Assembly: GCA_051599415.1 (NCBI GenBank)
Contig: AP039700.1
Coordinates: 248,001-312,000 of the forward strand
From: Savitreella phatthalungensis
Taxonomy: Eukaryota
Direction: 5' to 3'
Length of the DNA stretch: 64,000 nucleotides
Part shown: piece after piece, positions 51,996 to 64,000 of the stretch
Numbering within the stretch: the first letter of the stretch is position 1
Layout of the letters: each line of letters begins with the position of its first letter
Position numbers and translations under genes: made by a program
The notes under the pieces: generated by a model
The model's input: the letters and a program-made list of their open reading frames with translations, nothing else
Database searches by the model: none
What the model was told of the DNA's origin: nothing

Positions 51996-54900
51996 TTAGA
52001 CCATCCGGCAGTGAGCGTCGTATACTTGCGTGGCCGCATAGGTACCAGAGACACTCGAATAGACCTTGTAGGTGTGTTCCTGAATGCCAGAGACGGAGTG
52101 CGTCTCCATCACCTTCAGACGCCCTCGTGCATCCTTCTCCGACCGCGTGTAGGTGAGTGAGAAGGGCGGCTGTCCGACGAGGTGGAAGACGATCTCTGCT
52201 TGATCACCTTGGTGGATGGACTCGACAAAGTATTTGCCATCACTCACACGGACGCTCGGGATGTCGTGGATAGTCTTTTCCTGATTGGTGATCGATACTT
52301 TGCACCGAGAGGCAGAGTCGGCGAGGGTGAGGAGCTTGAAGTGGCCTGGCTTTTCAGCCACACGAGAGAAGACAGGCCCATTGACCGTCGCCTTCTTGTG
52401 TGATCCCTCGAACGTGTACTCGACGACGAAAGGCGGTTTGCCCTGGAGCGCATACGTGATCTTGTCGCCGACGCAGAGCTCCCTGCGTGACGAGCTAGGC
52501 AGGATCGTTGGCCGTTCGGAGATCTCGATGAAAATTGCGCCCTGCTTCTCTGACAGCAGCCGCGTACAGCCCTTGGCGTCCGTGACCTCGAGCACGCGAA
52601 TGGCGTGGCGACCGAGTGAGAGCAGACGACTCGGTACGCGTAATGCCCAGTCGTGCGTGTCGACGTTGGTTTCTGTGAAGTGCTCGGTAATGCCAGAAAG
52701 CTCGTGCTTGATACTTAGTTCGAGCTTGAATGGCGCCGCGCCAACGAGCTTCATCGGAATTCGATCGGCTTCCTGATCAGCCAGATCTACTTCCAGACAG
52801 TAGCTGTGTACCTTGCCGGGGCTGACAAAGCTCGCCTGCGGCCGGCTGCGGACGTACTGCTCCACGACGAGCGGCTCACCAGCCTTGCCACCTGTCAAAT
52901 CATACCTCGCGTCGGCGATGCCGTCGAATGTGTATCGGTAGAGGCCCGCAGGTGACGTGACAGCCTTGATTCCGACCACCGGTAGAGCAGCATTCAGCTC
53001 GACCTGTTTCCGGTCCTGTGCCACGCCACGGTCGTTGACTCTCGCACGCTCGTACTTGATGGCGAACGGCGCAGCTCCGCGGATATTGATGTTGAAGGCA
53101 TCTTCGTCACCTTCGCACACTTCATTTCGCGTGAAGTGGAGCGGTTCTGTCGATGGAGCCACCTGGGTTGGATCACTTTCGATAAATAGGATCGGTTTGT
53201 CAAAGTGCGAAACGGCGAACGAGGTCATTTCGGGTGTCAGCACACCGGGACAGTACGCATCCTTCACGCCCAGCAGTCTATATGTGCCCGCCTTGGACAC
53301 GGAGATGTGTCCATTCGGATCAGATACGGTGGTCGTCAGCCTGCCTTCGGGCCCTTCGTATTCTATCCGCCACGGGGCGTCACCCAGCAGCCGCAGAGGC
53401 AGCGCCACAGACGTGCCCTCGATCACCGTCACCTCGCGCTCATCATTGATGGTGGCGAAGGCAGCGCTGGGCTTGTCGCGGCGAACATCAATTGTCGCAT
53501 CCTTCTCCTCCAACGGCGTCTTGCACCCGTTGGCATCCTGGATCGAGACAAGTGAGACGGTGTGTTGGCCTCCGAGTGTCATCGGCGGCGTAACGATCTC
53601 GTAGAGGAAGTCCCGGAGGCCAATCTGTTTGAAGTGCTCGCGCTTGCCGCTGCTGCTGATGAGTTCGTACTCGAGCGTCCACGGGCCGGTGCCGACGAGG
53701 CGGACTGGCAGCTTGACCGCATCGCCCATACAGCACCTGCGCGGCAGGCGATCGGCGAACTGCGCACCAGCCAGAGGGTAGACAGAGACCTGCTGTTGCA
53801 GCCCTTGTCCAGAGACATCGATGCCCTTGTAGACCGCATCGTCGAGCGAGAAGAACTCGTATGAGAATGAGCCAGCCTCTTCTGGCAGGAATCGCAACTG
53901 CTGGCGCGAACGGTCTATTCGCTTCCTGTGAACGATCGCTCGCCCTCCTTTGCTCTCTCGCCAGGCAACCTCGAACGGCGGCGTGCCAGTCAACGTCAGA
54001 TCGGCCAGAAGACCGATCGAGCCGGCGCACTGATCAGAGATGGGCTCGAACGCCACACTCAAGCTCGGTCTCGGTGGCGTGAAGACGACACAACTCGCAG
54101 GCATCCTCACCTCTCCCGGACAATACCTGGACGAGAATGATTCGATAGAGTATACGCCCTCGGTGTCGACGGGAATCGTCTGGCCTCGGGTAGTGAGCTT
54201 TGTCTGACGGAAGAGTTCCATTGGCGCCTTTGTCGAGATGAGCGCGTCGGGATTTGCCTTGCTGATCGCGATGTCGAATGGCCCTTGCTCTGGGCTGTTG
54301 ATTGCGAAGCGCAGATTCGTCTTTTGGCCCTCAACCAGGCGCAAGGGATTTTCCGGATCGCAGCCGAAGAACGAGATCGCTGGCCGGCGGTGGACGCGGA
54401 ACGAGTAGTTCGGTGCGCCTTCAGAGTCTCGCTCTTTTGCGCTGTTGAAGTTGACCACGTTGCCGCAAGCATCTTCGACCTCTTCGATCGTGTAGGACCA
54501 CTGTCCGGGAGTGTTGAGGGTCGAGTTCAGCTGGACGTCGACTGAGCGCTCATTCGCCCACTGGACGTCGTCGAGCTTAGTCAGCACGCCCAATGGGTGT
54601 TCTTCCCCGACGTCGTGACGACTGACCATGAGCGGCGAGACATAGTCAATCGGTTTGACCGAGTCGATCGTCGAGATTCGCTCCGCGCCTTCCACGTATC
54701 GATTGTACTTGACCTTGAGAGGTGGCAGACCTGTGACGCGGAGTGTCAGCTCGTCCAGGTCTCCAGTGCAGCGGTCGCTGCGATCCTGTAACTGTTTTGG
54801 AATGACAAGTGATGCGCTCGGACAAGTTACGACGAGAGCGCGACTGCGATACAACCGAACGTCGAGCGTAGACTCGTCAAGCACCCTGTCGATCATGTAT

Positions 54901-55673
54901 AATCCCGGCTTGCTGATTGGGAGTGGCAAGTCCCAGATCGTATGCCGGCTGTGTTCTGTCCGCTTCAGAATTGTCTTGAGCTCCTTTCCGGTTAGATTGA
55001 AGCGCTCAATTGTATTGTCCTCCGGAGAGATGCGCGAGTACGAGATGAGCATCGGGACAGTTGCATTGAGCCTCAGAGGAATAGCAATGGGCGCACCTCC
55101 ACTGTCGATATCTGTGCAGAAACACGCTCCTTGCGGATTGAGCTTTGCCGTTGACTCTGGCAAGATGTTGATTGTGTGCTGACCAAGAATCCGAGAGGCG
55201 TTGTGGATGATGCTGGACAGCTTGATGTTGTGCTCGAGAACAGCCGTCTCTCTGTCAAAGAAAAGCTTGAGCAATGCCGAGAGAATGGCCATCGGGCTTA
55301 TGGATATCCTGGCCGACAGACAAACGTTCAGCACTGAGAATACCAGGACCTGGAGCATAACGGTGCTCAATCTGAAGGAAAGCCATGGTATCCGGAGGTA
55401 TGGAACGAGGACAAAGTACGCTGTGTCGATAGCGATCCACTTGACCACAAAGATGGTCTCTGATGACGCTGCAGAAGTTCCAGGTGTGTACAACTGGAGC
55501 AGATCATAGAACTTGAGGGCCTGGAGAAAGACCAGAATGCTCAGGACGTAGAACCGCTGTGTAGGCGCGTCAGCGATAGAAGCACTGATGAGCATCTGAT
55601 CTGCTGCATTGGATGTAGAGCCACCCCTGCCTCCAGCCGCCCCTCCTCTTTTCTCAGGTGGCGCCTTACTCAT
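51996..55673 (-). CDS. POM152: Nuclear pore membrane protein Pom152
   Basis: DAPTQRFY, LRIPWL, ILGQHTINILPESTAKLNP, and repeated Ig-like units with G.PPF/G.GPW and D..GC motifs. Confidence 0.95.
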   Translation of the reverse strand: MSKAPPEKRGGAAGGRGGSTSNAADQMLISASIADAPTQRFYVLSILVFLQALKFYDLLQLYTPGTSAASSETIFVVKWIAIDTAYFVLVPYLRIPWLSFRLSTVMLQVLVFSVLNVCLSARISISPMAILSALLKLFFDRETAVLEHNIKLSSIIHNASRILGQHTINILPESTAKLNPQGACFCTDIDSGGAPIAIPLRLNATVPMLISYSRISPEDNTIERFNLTGKELKTILKRTEHSRHTIWDLPLPISKPGLYMIDRVLDESTLDVRLYRSRALVVTCPSASLVIPKQLQDRSDRCTGDLDELTLRVTGLPPLKVKYNRYVEGAERISTIDSVKPIDYVSPLMVSRHDVGEEHPLGVLTKLDDVQWANERSVDVQLNSTLNTPGQWSYTIEEVEDACGNVVNFNSAKERDSEGAPNYSFRVHRRPAISFFGCDPENPLRLVEGQKTNLRFAINSPEQGPFDIAISKANPDALISTKAPMELFRQTKLTTRGQTIPVDTEGVYSIESFSSRYCPGEVRMPASCVVFTPPRPSLSVAFEPISDQCAGSIGLLADLTLTGTPPFEVAWRESKGGRAIVHRKRIDRSRQQLRFLPEEAGSFSYEFFSLDDAVYKGIDVSGQGLQQQVSVYPLAGAQFADRLPRRCCMGDAVKLPVRLVGTGPWTLEYELISSSGKREHFKQIGLRDFLYEIVTPPMTLGGQHTVSLVSIQDANGCKTPLEEKDATIDVRRDKPSAAFATINDEREVTVIEGTSVALPLRLLGDAPWRIEYEGPEGRLTTTVSDPNGHISVSKAGTYRLLGVKDAYCPGVLTPEMTSFAVSHFDKPILFIESDPTQVAPSTEPLHFTRNEVCEGDEDAFNINIRGAAPFAIKYERARVNDRGVAQDRKQVELNAALPVVGIKAVTSPAGLYRYTFDGIADARYDLTGGKAGEPLVVEQYVRSRPQASFVSPGKVHSYCLEVDLADQEADRIPMKLVGAAPFKLELSIKHELSGITEHFTETNVDTHDWALRVPSRLLSLGRHAIRVLEVTDAKGCTRLLSEKQGAIFIEISERPTILPSSSRRELCVGDKITYALQGKPPFVVEYTFEGSHKKATVNGPVFSRVAEKPGHFKLLTLADSASRCKVSITNQEKTIHDIPSVRVSDGKYFVESIHQGDQAEIVFHLVGQPPFSLTYTRSEKDARGRLKVMETHSVSGIQEHTYKVYSSVSGTYAATQVYDAHCRMV

Positions 55674-55985
55674 GGCATCCCTAACGATGCTGCCACTGGA
55701 TCACTTCGAGGATCACGTTTTGGACCAGCCTGTCAATCTCGAGTAAAGCTCACGTTATCTGTATAACCACAGGCGTATGTGCAGCTTTGGATGTTGTCCT
55801 TTGAAGAGTCTCATCGTTGCATCTGTGTATCACGTGAAGGATGACTACAGTATTTTCCACTTTTCGAGCAATCCAATTCGAATGCACATAAAACGCTTCA
55901 GGTGACGTCGACAGACAAAAGGATACTCTTCACCACAGCATAGTACCTATAGGAGCTGTTTGCCGAGTCTGCTTTCTAGGAGCCA

Positions 55986-58634
55986 ATGCGACGATGTCTT
56001 CCCGGAATACAACGAATCACTAGACATGCTTCTACACAGACAACTGGTTCGACGAGAGAGCTGTTAAGAAAACGTGCTCAAGACTTTTCTGCAGATCTTC
56101 AGAAGCTCGAGCCAGACCAGCTCGTTAGCGAGCCGTATAAGGTCCGCGTTCAGGAACGGTTTCAGAAAGTTGCTTCGCAGAGGAAACCGAATGAGCCGCG
56201 TTCACAGCACAAAGCTGAGCCCAATGTGAACATACAGCTAAGGGAGGACTTTGCGCAGGCAGAATCCACAACTGACTCGGGAGAGCACCTGAGACTTGAG
56301 CCTGGCGACCTTGTAGAGTATTGGCCAGACAATGGACGACGATCGACCTGCGTCATTGTTGATGACGTTCCGATCAAACAACGATTCATGACGCTGAGTG
56401 AGGGCGGTCTTTTCAATTACACCAACCAGAACAGATACAGGCTTGTACTCAAGGGATTCTACAAGGGAGAGCTTCCCCTCCTGAAAATCAACAACGACCC
56501 TCGCTTCACGCCGCTCAGACAAGCTCTCAGAGCTTTCAAGTCAGAAGTTCACAAAGTGCGCGACGCCAACAGGGTCAAGCTCGCATCCATGCACAACCTC
56601 GTGAAAGGTCTCTATGCGAGCGTCGACGAGTGCGCAAATCTCATCTTCGAGACCGACAACCCTACACATGTACAGCTGTACTGTACCTTCGAGACCATGA
56701 CCCTCGACAGGCTACACTATCTTCCTGATGCAGCGCTGCACATGCGGCTGCCTCGCTTCACCAAGAGACCGGCCGACGAGGTCAGGATGATTGAAAACAC
56801 GCAGACTTGGGTAAACAGTAGGTCACGTGAGTACAACGACTTCCTAGCAAAGGCTCGTCAAGTCATCTCGGAGGGGCAGGCTATCACACGCGATCCAGGG
56901 GTGCCGTTTTCCAAAAAAGAGCTGAGTATGCGCTGGTCAAAGACAGACTTGACCATCATCGATTTCCTCCTGAATGCGTGCACCGAGCGTCGCGACACGT
57001 TCGAGACGGAGCTCTACACGACAGTCGTTGCACAGGTTGTCAAGGATTTGGAGCTTGACGGTGGTCAACCTGTGTCTCGGTCCGTGGCCCACGCTGCTCT
57101 CAAAAAGCTCGGAGTGGTGACGCCGTGGGACGCAAATGTCTCGCGAGCACCGGCCATGGAAGTGCCTGGAAACTCTGCAGCGGCTGATCGAGCCGACCGA
57201 TTCGTGAGAGAGTACAAAGTCGACCGGGCGGGCATGAAGGACAGATCTGCCTCCGTCCGTGTCGACCTGGAAGACATGCCGGTCTACACGATCGACGGCG
57301 AGCACGCGCACGAGCTCGACGACGGTCTGTCGTTCGACGGCACAAACCTGTACATCCACATCGCAGATCCAGCGGCATACATCTCTCACAAGTCTGAACT
57401 CGGCCTGGCTGCGAGGCAGCGATTCGAGACGCTGTACTTGGGCGGAAGCAACACCCTGCCGATGTTGCCCCCGCAGCTCACCCAGGAGCACTTTTCTCTC
57501 GCAGCCCGAAGGCAAGGCACGCCCTCACTGACCTTACGTGTTGGACCTAAACGCAAGGACGGATCGCGCGACACCGAGCTATTCGCAGCCACCGTGCGCA
57601 ATGTCCACCAACTGACCTACAAGCAGGTGGACCAGGTTGTGTTCCGCTGCTCCGGCCCGGATCCTGCGCGATTCTCAGTCAACTGGCCAGCAGGTCTCGA
57701 CGTCGACGACGCTTCTCCCTCGCGATCCCTTCACACCTTGACCGACGAAGACTGTGACCGAATTCGCGGCATGAACACCTTCCTCGAGGAGTTCCGTCGG
57801 GAACGGCAAGAAAACGGCTCTCTTGATCAGCCATTCGTGTCTCTGAACGCGTCGACGTACCCTGCTGAGCTACCCTCGATCACGGACCGTTCCACGCCAA
57901 CATTCTTCTCTGGACGGGTAGGGATCACGATCACGCGGGAAGAGTCTATCGATTCTGCTGCTACGGCGCTCGTCAGCGAGGCCGCAATTCTCTACAATGC
58001 GGAGGTCGCCAAGTGGGGTCGTCGTAAGAAGATTCCACTGATTTACCGTGAGCTGTCGACGTCCCTGACCGCGTCCGACCTCGCCACCCTCTCACTCCTT
58101 CGCGACGCGCGCGGCAACATCCCGGACCACGCCCTCCAGCCGTACCTGAGCAAATTCGAGACTGCGAAACTGCGCGCACACCCTGCACCCGCCTATGTGC
58201 TCGGACTCCCTGGTGGCTACACGCTGGCGTCGTCGCCTCTGCGGCGGTACGTCGACATGATCACTGGCTGGCAGGTTCACGCGTGGCTTGTGAGTGAGGA
58301 GTTCCCGATCGATGTTGTGGGTGAGTTGGCATGGCTGACTAGGCGATCTCGCGCACACAGATCGTTCAACAAGGCTTATGCTAAAGTCTGGCCACACCAG
58401 TACCTCGACGCCCTCGATAACCCTCAACTCACAGCACGCATCCACAACATCGAAACAAAGAGATCTCAGGACCCAATCAACGTCACTCTTCAACCGATCG
58501 GTCTAAGAGCGATCCTTCTGCGAGCGGGCGACGCAGGTATCAAGGGTAGGTCGTTGGTGGTTGGAGACGAGTGCAAGGTGAGAGTTGTGGATGTGGATCT
58601 GATGGACAACATCGCGACGGTCGTTGCCGTGTAG
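55986..58634 (+). CDS. DSS1: Mitochondrial RNase II/RNB exoribonuclease (Dss1/Cyt-4-like)
   Basis: Basic presequence-like N-terminus. RNB motifs VYTIDGEHAHELDDGLS, YIHIADP, TLYL...PMLP and SSPLRRYVDMI. Confidence 0.88.
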   Translation: MRRCLPGIQRITRHASTQTTGSTRELLRKRAQDFSADLQKLEPDQLVSEPYKVRVQERFQKVASQRKPNEPRSQHKAEPNVNIQLREDFAQAESTTDSGEHLRLEPGDLVEYWPDNGRRSTCVIVDDVPIKQRFMTLSEGGLFNYTNQNRYRLVLKGFYKGELPLLKINNDPRFTPLRQALRAFKSEVHKVRDANRVKLASMHNLVKGLYASVDECANLIFETDNPTHVQLYCTFETMTLDRLHYLPDAALHMRLPRFTKRPADEVRMIENTQTWVNSRSREYNDFLAKARQVISEGQAITRDPGVPFSKKELSMRWSKTDLTIIDFLLNACTERRDTFETELYTTVVAQVVKDLELDGGQPVSRSVAHAALKKLGVVTPWDANVSRAPAMEVPGNSAAADRADRFVREYKVDRAGMKDRSASVRVDLEDMPVYTIDGEHAHELDDGLSFDGTNLYIHIADPAAYISHKSELGLAARQRFETLYLGGSNTLPMLPPQLTQEHFSLAARRQGTPSLTLRVGPKRKDGSRDTELFAATVRNVHQLTYKQVDQVVFRCSGPDPARFSVNWPAGLDVDDASPSRSLHTLTDEDCDRIRGMNTFLEEFRRERQENGSLDQPFVSLNASTYPAELPSITDRSTPTFFSGRVGITITREESIDSAATALVSEAAILYNAEVAKWGRRKKIPLIYRELSTSLTASDLATLSLLRDARGNIPDHALQPYLSKFETAKLRAHPAPAYVLGLPGGYTLASSPLRRYVDMITGWQVHAWLVSEEFPIDVVGELAWLTRRSRAHRSFNKAYAKVWPHQYLDALDNPQLTARIHNIETKRSQDPINVTLQPIGLRAILLRAGDAGIKGRSLVVGDECKVRVVDVDLMDNIATVVAV

Positions 58635-58666
58635 AAAAAAAAAGTTTTATATTAAGTCTTGGTAGA

Positions 58667-60158
58667 TCAAGCATCCAGTCTTGCTTTCTTTTGGATCGGG
58701 CCGGCGGGATTTCCTGATTTGGTAGCTGCTGGGGATGGATGTGTTTGTTTCTGCGACGTCGACGATTTGGTGTCTCTTGGGCTGCCACCACCACCACCAC
58801 CAACACCAACACCTCCCGGCTGGTGAGGCTGGCCACCGAGGACCACAGGAGGCTGCGAGTGGACCTGCAAGTCATCGCCACCCATATTGCCGGCGTGATC
58901 AGCCGTCCGTCGAATCCCGTTGCCCTGCATCAGGCCCGACAGCATCCCCAGGTACTCCGCCTCAGACACGTTGAATGCGGAGTCTGACGCGTAGCCGCCT
59001 TGCTGCTGCTGCTGCTGATGCATTTGATGTTGTTGCGGCGGCAGCGGTTGACCGGGCATGCCAGAATTGTATTGCAGTCCAGACTCCTCGAGTGCCGCGC
59101 GAGGGATACTGCCGTGCTGCTTGAGCGTCTTGAGGTGGATGAGATGCTTCTCCAGCATGCCCAGCAGGCCGTCCTTTGTAAATGGCTTTGGAAGGATGTC
59201 GTTCATCCCGTGTGAGAAGTACGTCATGACATCGCCGGACTGAACGTTCGAGGTCATCGAAATGATCGGCGTCAGCGGGTCGAATTGACGAATGAGCGAG
59301 GTGGCAGAGACACCATCGAGGTTGGGCATCACGATGTCCATCAACACCAGATCGTACTTTGTCTGATTCATCTTGTTGACCGCAGAAACTCCATCGACGG
59401 CCATGTCGATGTCACACCCGAAGATGCTCAAAAACTTGGACGACAACCGCCGGCAGACCGCATCGTCTTCGACGAGCAGCACCTTCGGCGCCACCGCCCA
59501 CGGCACGAAATTCTGCTTCATCGACATCACAGCTTTCGAGCGAGAGGCTGCTGCAGCGCCAGCCGACTGCGCCCCACCCAATTTCTGCGACCCGACGACC
59601 TGCTGCGATGGGTTTTGGGGCTGCGGCTCCGCGCGAGCTTCGTCCCCAGGCAGAACTGTGAGTGGATCCACCATCTCGTCCTTGATCTGGAGGTTTGATG
59701 ATTGCCGTGACTGAACCATCGGGGTCGACGCCGCCGGGTTTGGGGGGACATGCCCGGAAGCCTGGATGCTGTGAACAGATTGACCTCCCGGCGTGGCATG
59801 CCCGCTGCCAAAGTACGTGTTCCCTGGCGTTTGGACACCTGCCTGTGCAAAGTCGTGTGGCGAGCCATTGGTGTGGTGCGAGCTCGAGTCGTCAGAGTAT
59901 GATGGGTAGTGCCCCCCCTGTTGATGCTGTGTGGAGGGGTGCTGGTCATGTCCACCGTCTCCATGGAAACTGCCACCACCACGCTCGAATCCTTGTGACC
60001 AGTAGTGGCTATCCGCGTCCAGCGTAAGACCCATCGTCGATGCTCGTCTCGACATGTTGTTCATCTGCTCATAACTCGTCTTTGAGAGTTGAGCATAGTC
60101 TTCGATCATTTTCTGAGCTTGTTCATTGGCAAGGCGTTGTTGATGCTGTTGTTGTTGT

Positions 60159-60196
<38 letters not shown>

Positions 60197-60907
60197 CGGG
60201 TCCATCAAGAAACCTATCAGGTTCTGCATTAGCTGGTCTTGGGCGACCATATTGCGCTGAAAGTTGAGCATTTCCGAAATGACCGTCTGATAGTTTTTTG
60301 TCAGCGTCTGGAGGTGGTGGTTCATGCCGGTACACATCTTATGGAGTGTCTCGATCTGGTGCTGCATATGCTGGACCTGGCCAGGGTACACGACACCACC
60401 ACCGCCACTCATGTCACCCATGTCGCCCGGCCCACCGCCCACACCACCATCAGTCCTAGCACGTTTCGCTGTGGGCGCCTTGCGCTTGATGTTCTCTAGC
60501 GAATCCTTGTTGTGGATCCTGAAGTTTTCGTGCTTGAACTCCCAGGTCCCCTCTCCGTACGGGTTGACCTCTCCATTCTCAGTGTTGTTGCGGACCTTGT
60601 GAAAGTCGTACTTGTTTAGTTGTCTCACGAAGGAAGCAAAGTTTGAGTGTTTGAAGTGCCGGGGCAAGATGGTCTTTGTGAATTCGTTGGTATCGAGGAC
60701 GATGAAGCTGTCTCCGAGATCGTTCCATCGGACGATATTCTCGTACTCGTGCTCCTCGAGCATCTTGAACAGCTTTTTCACGAAATCTGGCGAGCCCGAG
60801 CCACTGCCTCCTGAGGCATTTTTTTGGGAGTCGCCGTTATTGCTGCCCTGGTTGGACGGTTGATGAGCCATATGTGGTGGTACATTCGGAGCTGGCATAT
60901 GTGACAT
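58667..60907 (-). CDS. SKN7: HSF-type DNA-binding and response-regulator transcription factor (Skn7/Prr1)
   Basis: HSF domain DFVKKLFKML...HFKHSNFASFVRQLNKYDFHK, a coiled coil, and receiver domain VLLVEDD...DLVLMDIVMPNLDG...ILPKPF. ATG 60907. Confidence 0.97.
60136..60196 (-). repeat. CAG/CAA polyglutamine tract in SKN7
   Basis: About 20 Gln codons. Confidence 0.9.
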
Positions 60908-61514
60908 TCTTGGTGGATTTTTGGGGAGGCGGAGAGCTCCCACGTCCTAGATACTTGGGGTGCCGCCTATCCCGTTGTCACTGTTCTTCCCCGAGGAAAA
61001 GGGAGCGAAGCTGTCCTCGAGAGTTGCTCGAGGGCCAGGTCTGTGCTCGAGACTGCCTGCTCACAGATTAGATGGTGAAACGGTAGGAGTCACCCGAAAG
61101 CAAATCGTCGACCCTTTTTGAAACTTGTGGGAGCAGGTGACCGGCCCTGGAGAGTGTTTTGTGGTGATGTTATCGCGCGTGTCAAGATGGAATTTTGTCT
61201 TGGGGGGGAACTACGATGAGGGTTGCAACGAGGCTTTTGTGGGTGACCTCGTGATCTCTTGAGGAGTACTTTCCAAGGACCTCTACCACAGTCGACCTCG
61301 AGATGGGGATCTAGGGTCGCCTTTTTCTGAAGTGCTTTCCGAAAGTGCTAGGAAAAGAGAGTGAAGGGGTTGCGAGAGAGGATCGCGCTTGAGTGTTGAG
61401 GGCGCTTTCAAAAAAGGGCTTGCTCGCGGGTCACTTTTGAGGAAGACTCTCCACTTTTCGGGTATGCCCGGTGGACCGATGGACGAGCGGCGTGTATACG
61501 TGTGAAGAGAGTGC

Positions 61515-61608
61515 TGTGTGTGTGCGTGTATATAGAGTATAAGTTTGTGTGTGTGTGTGTGTATGCGTGTGTGTGTGTGTGCGTGCGTGTGTGTGCGTGT
61601 GTATGTGT
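61515..61608. repeat. Degenerate (GT)n microsatellite upstream of SKN7
   Basis: Directly visible. Confidence 0.85.
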
Positions 61609-61903
61609 TTCCCCAGCTGTGAATTGGGTCCGCCCATAGGATTATGAGCGCTTCCTGTCAAAGACTGACTGGCTGGCTGACCCACCCACCCAGTTTGTTT
61701 CTGAAGATCGATTTGAAAGGTCGTGGAGTGAAGATTGTGGACTGCCTGTAGATCCAAAGTTGTCAAGTGGTTAGAAGTCGACTTTTAATGGAGATCCTCA
61801 GTCGGTCGAGAGGAATAAATTCGATTTGGAATTCAAAAGTCATGACGAAAGTTCAATTCAAGTCTACGGCGGTCAAGAGTGTTGTTTGTCGTCTATGTCT
61901 CTA

Positions 61904-61967
61904 CTGCTTCTGCTTCTGCTTCTGCTTCTGCTTCTGCTTCTGCTTCTGCATCTGCATCTGCATCTGC
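61904..61967. repeat. (CTGCTT)n/(CTGCAT)n hexanucleotide repeat
   Basis: Directly visible; about 10 units with a polar switch of unit type. Confidence 0.9.
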
Positions 61968-64000
61968 GAAAGATCTGTCATCCGTTCAGCTTCATCTTTT
62001 GTATTTGTCGCTCCTGCATCTTCACCTTCGGCTGATCTGCTCGCCCGACTATCAATTCGATCTGATCTGTCGCAGCTCGGGTTCGAATTGTGTGTTTGCT
62101 TTTCCATCGTGAATGGGCAGCTCTGAATATAATTTCCGAGTTGGAGGTTCGACGACGGCTGCGACGAAATATTCATAGGCGCCCGGCGGTAGGAGAACAT
62201 GAGAAGCGGCCGATATGGCTTTCGAGATCAACTTGCAGCAGCAAGTTCTTGGGAATTTTATGTCTGGCGCAATGAATTTGTGGAAGGTGAAACAATGCCA
62301 CGAGTGACCCACATCTCTGGAACGCGGTACTGCAGTGTTCTGCCAACTTGACCTTGCCTTCTCCTCTTCTATCTCCACTCTTTAGGCTCCACATTGGACA
62401 GTCCGATAATCCGTCTCTCGAGACTTGTCACATCTCGACACATGCTGGAGTTTGGCTCCTGTCCTGATTGCAACATCCGTAGGCGTGGCTTGCGAGAGGA
62501 TGTATTCTTTTTTATTCTGTCGCGGATCTTCAGCTCATGATCAATGGTAGAATATCCGTGAATTTTGACAAAGAGCAATCTCATCGAGAAGGACTTCTAA
62601 TTCCTCCTCTAGCCTGATCTACAAGTTTCTTGTGTCCGCTGCAGCACGCTTCTCTCCGCTTCTCTCGCCTCTCTACTCTTCTCTCCGACGACCTCGCGTT
62701 GATCTGTTGGTCAGATGAGCCGTCCAGAAGACCTGTGTATCCTAGATCTCGTTTTCTAGAAATGTGATAGGTCGATTTCTCTGTCGTATTCGATCGTTTG
62801 GGTGGGTAGCATTCACCCAGGCAGAGTAAGCACTCGATCGTGAATTGAATCAGACTATCCAGAAACGCCACAGACAAGTAATTGGCTCTCACAATTGTGA
62901 GAAAACGGTGGCAAGAACAGCGCTGGAAAATTTGTGAGTAGACGTCGTCTGCCGCTCCTTTTGTCAGGCGTCATCACAGCTCCACGTAAGGTGTGACTTG
63001 CATTTGCAGAGCTCATGCCACCGACATTTGCTCTTGCAGATGCATTCGGGCAGTGTTTGTCCGATCACAAGTTGACATTTGACGACCGCGACTCAAGTCG
63101 CTTCGTGTGTCAAGCTCCATCTAATCTCCGGCATTGCTCAAATTATCAGACGGGCAAGCAACAACATGTGCGCATACTTATCATGTGCGTGACTGACGTA
63201 AAGCTCAAAAACATGGCGTAGCTCTGTCTGGTGATTGTTTGTCTGCATCTACTCGAAACCACTGCTCGTATGACCTCTTCCAATCGTGCTTCATAATCTT
63301 GGGTATCATGCTGGCGAAGCTTTCGGGGTCATTTTGAGGTGTGTGCCGCTACTGTCTCGGAGTCGTGTCCCAAACTGTATCAGATACGAGATACAAGGAT
63401 CAGGATTGTGTTTCTAGAGGGTGTGCTCAACAACGATCCATCCTCAGCGTTCCGGCGCGGAGTCTCCCTGATTGACATTGCCAGTTTGTGATCCCCATTG
63501 GTGTTCAATGCTGCTGTCGGATGCATGAGACGATGGTAACGGTGAGCAGGCGCTATAAGGCACGGCAGGCATTGCTCGAACCAGGTCAAGATCTTTTTTT
63601 CACTGAGCGGAACATTGTCCAAGTCCATCCCACGAGCGACTCGCTTGGTACGCGGCTGAGTTCTTGCACAGGCTCTCTAAGCCTCGCGAGGCACTGCGCT
63701 GGGGTCAACAGTTCGGTGCCATCACCATTGCCTCCAGCGCTTTGGTACCGCGTGCCCCTGTTCGCTGGTCTGCATGGCGGCCAGTAAGATTCTCTGCTGT
63801 GGTGGACGAATGAGATGGCTGACATGAGGAGGTCGACGATGGGCGTCTACCACGGCGAATTGCTGTCCACGTGCACGGAGTTGACAAGTCACCTCATATG
63901 GGGACTCAATGCAAGACAGAACGAAATAGCTATCTGACGTAAGAGAACCAGTCGCATTGCACGATCGATGTTTGCACCTGCGATTAGGCCTTTGACTTGC

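Noticed and set aside
61767..62200. ORFs with poly-CF, poly-L, poly-AS and poly-QK
   Set aside because: All frames of one hexanucleotide repeat; no other coding signal.
62200..64000. Short ORFs at the right end of the window
   Set aside because: No recognisable motifs or consistent splice structure; treated as intergenic or upstream DNA.
1..64000. tRNA or rRNA genes
   Set aside because: No cloverleaf with A/B boxes or rRNA-like segment recognised by eye; tRNAscan-SE and Infernal were not run.

Overview
Gene-dense, intron-poor fungal nuclear DNA. It is probably ascomycete, and possibly Taphrinomycotina judging by gene style (inference only). About 21 host genes are recognisable: a divergent phosphoketolase/acetate kinase pair, an MscS-like channel, Chs4/Skt5, a putative augmin HAUS8, PPM1, a Pho4/NUC-1-like bHLH, TPS1, a Gbp2-like SR protein, an RMI1-like protein, G3BP/Bre5, exportin-T, mitoferrin, VPS74, an atypical septin-like GTPase, TRS23, mitochondrial ACP, POM152, a DSS1-like RNase and SKN7/Prr1. 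The most unusual object is a ~3.4 kb CpG-depleted island (~26800-30170) between the divergent TPS1 and GBP2-like genes. The three large ORFs the track reports there are one reading frame broken only by point stops. Joined, they give a Ulp1-like protease, winged helix, serine-recombinase-like domain and five C2H2 fingers, suggesting a decayed mobile element of a type I do not recognise. Other hidden items are a spliced retropepsin-like orphan gene (12278-13213) and a 633-nt first intron in the SR-protein gene that contains decoy splice acceptors leading to stops. All calls come from motif recognition by eye; no database searches were run.
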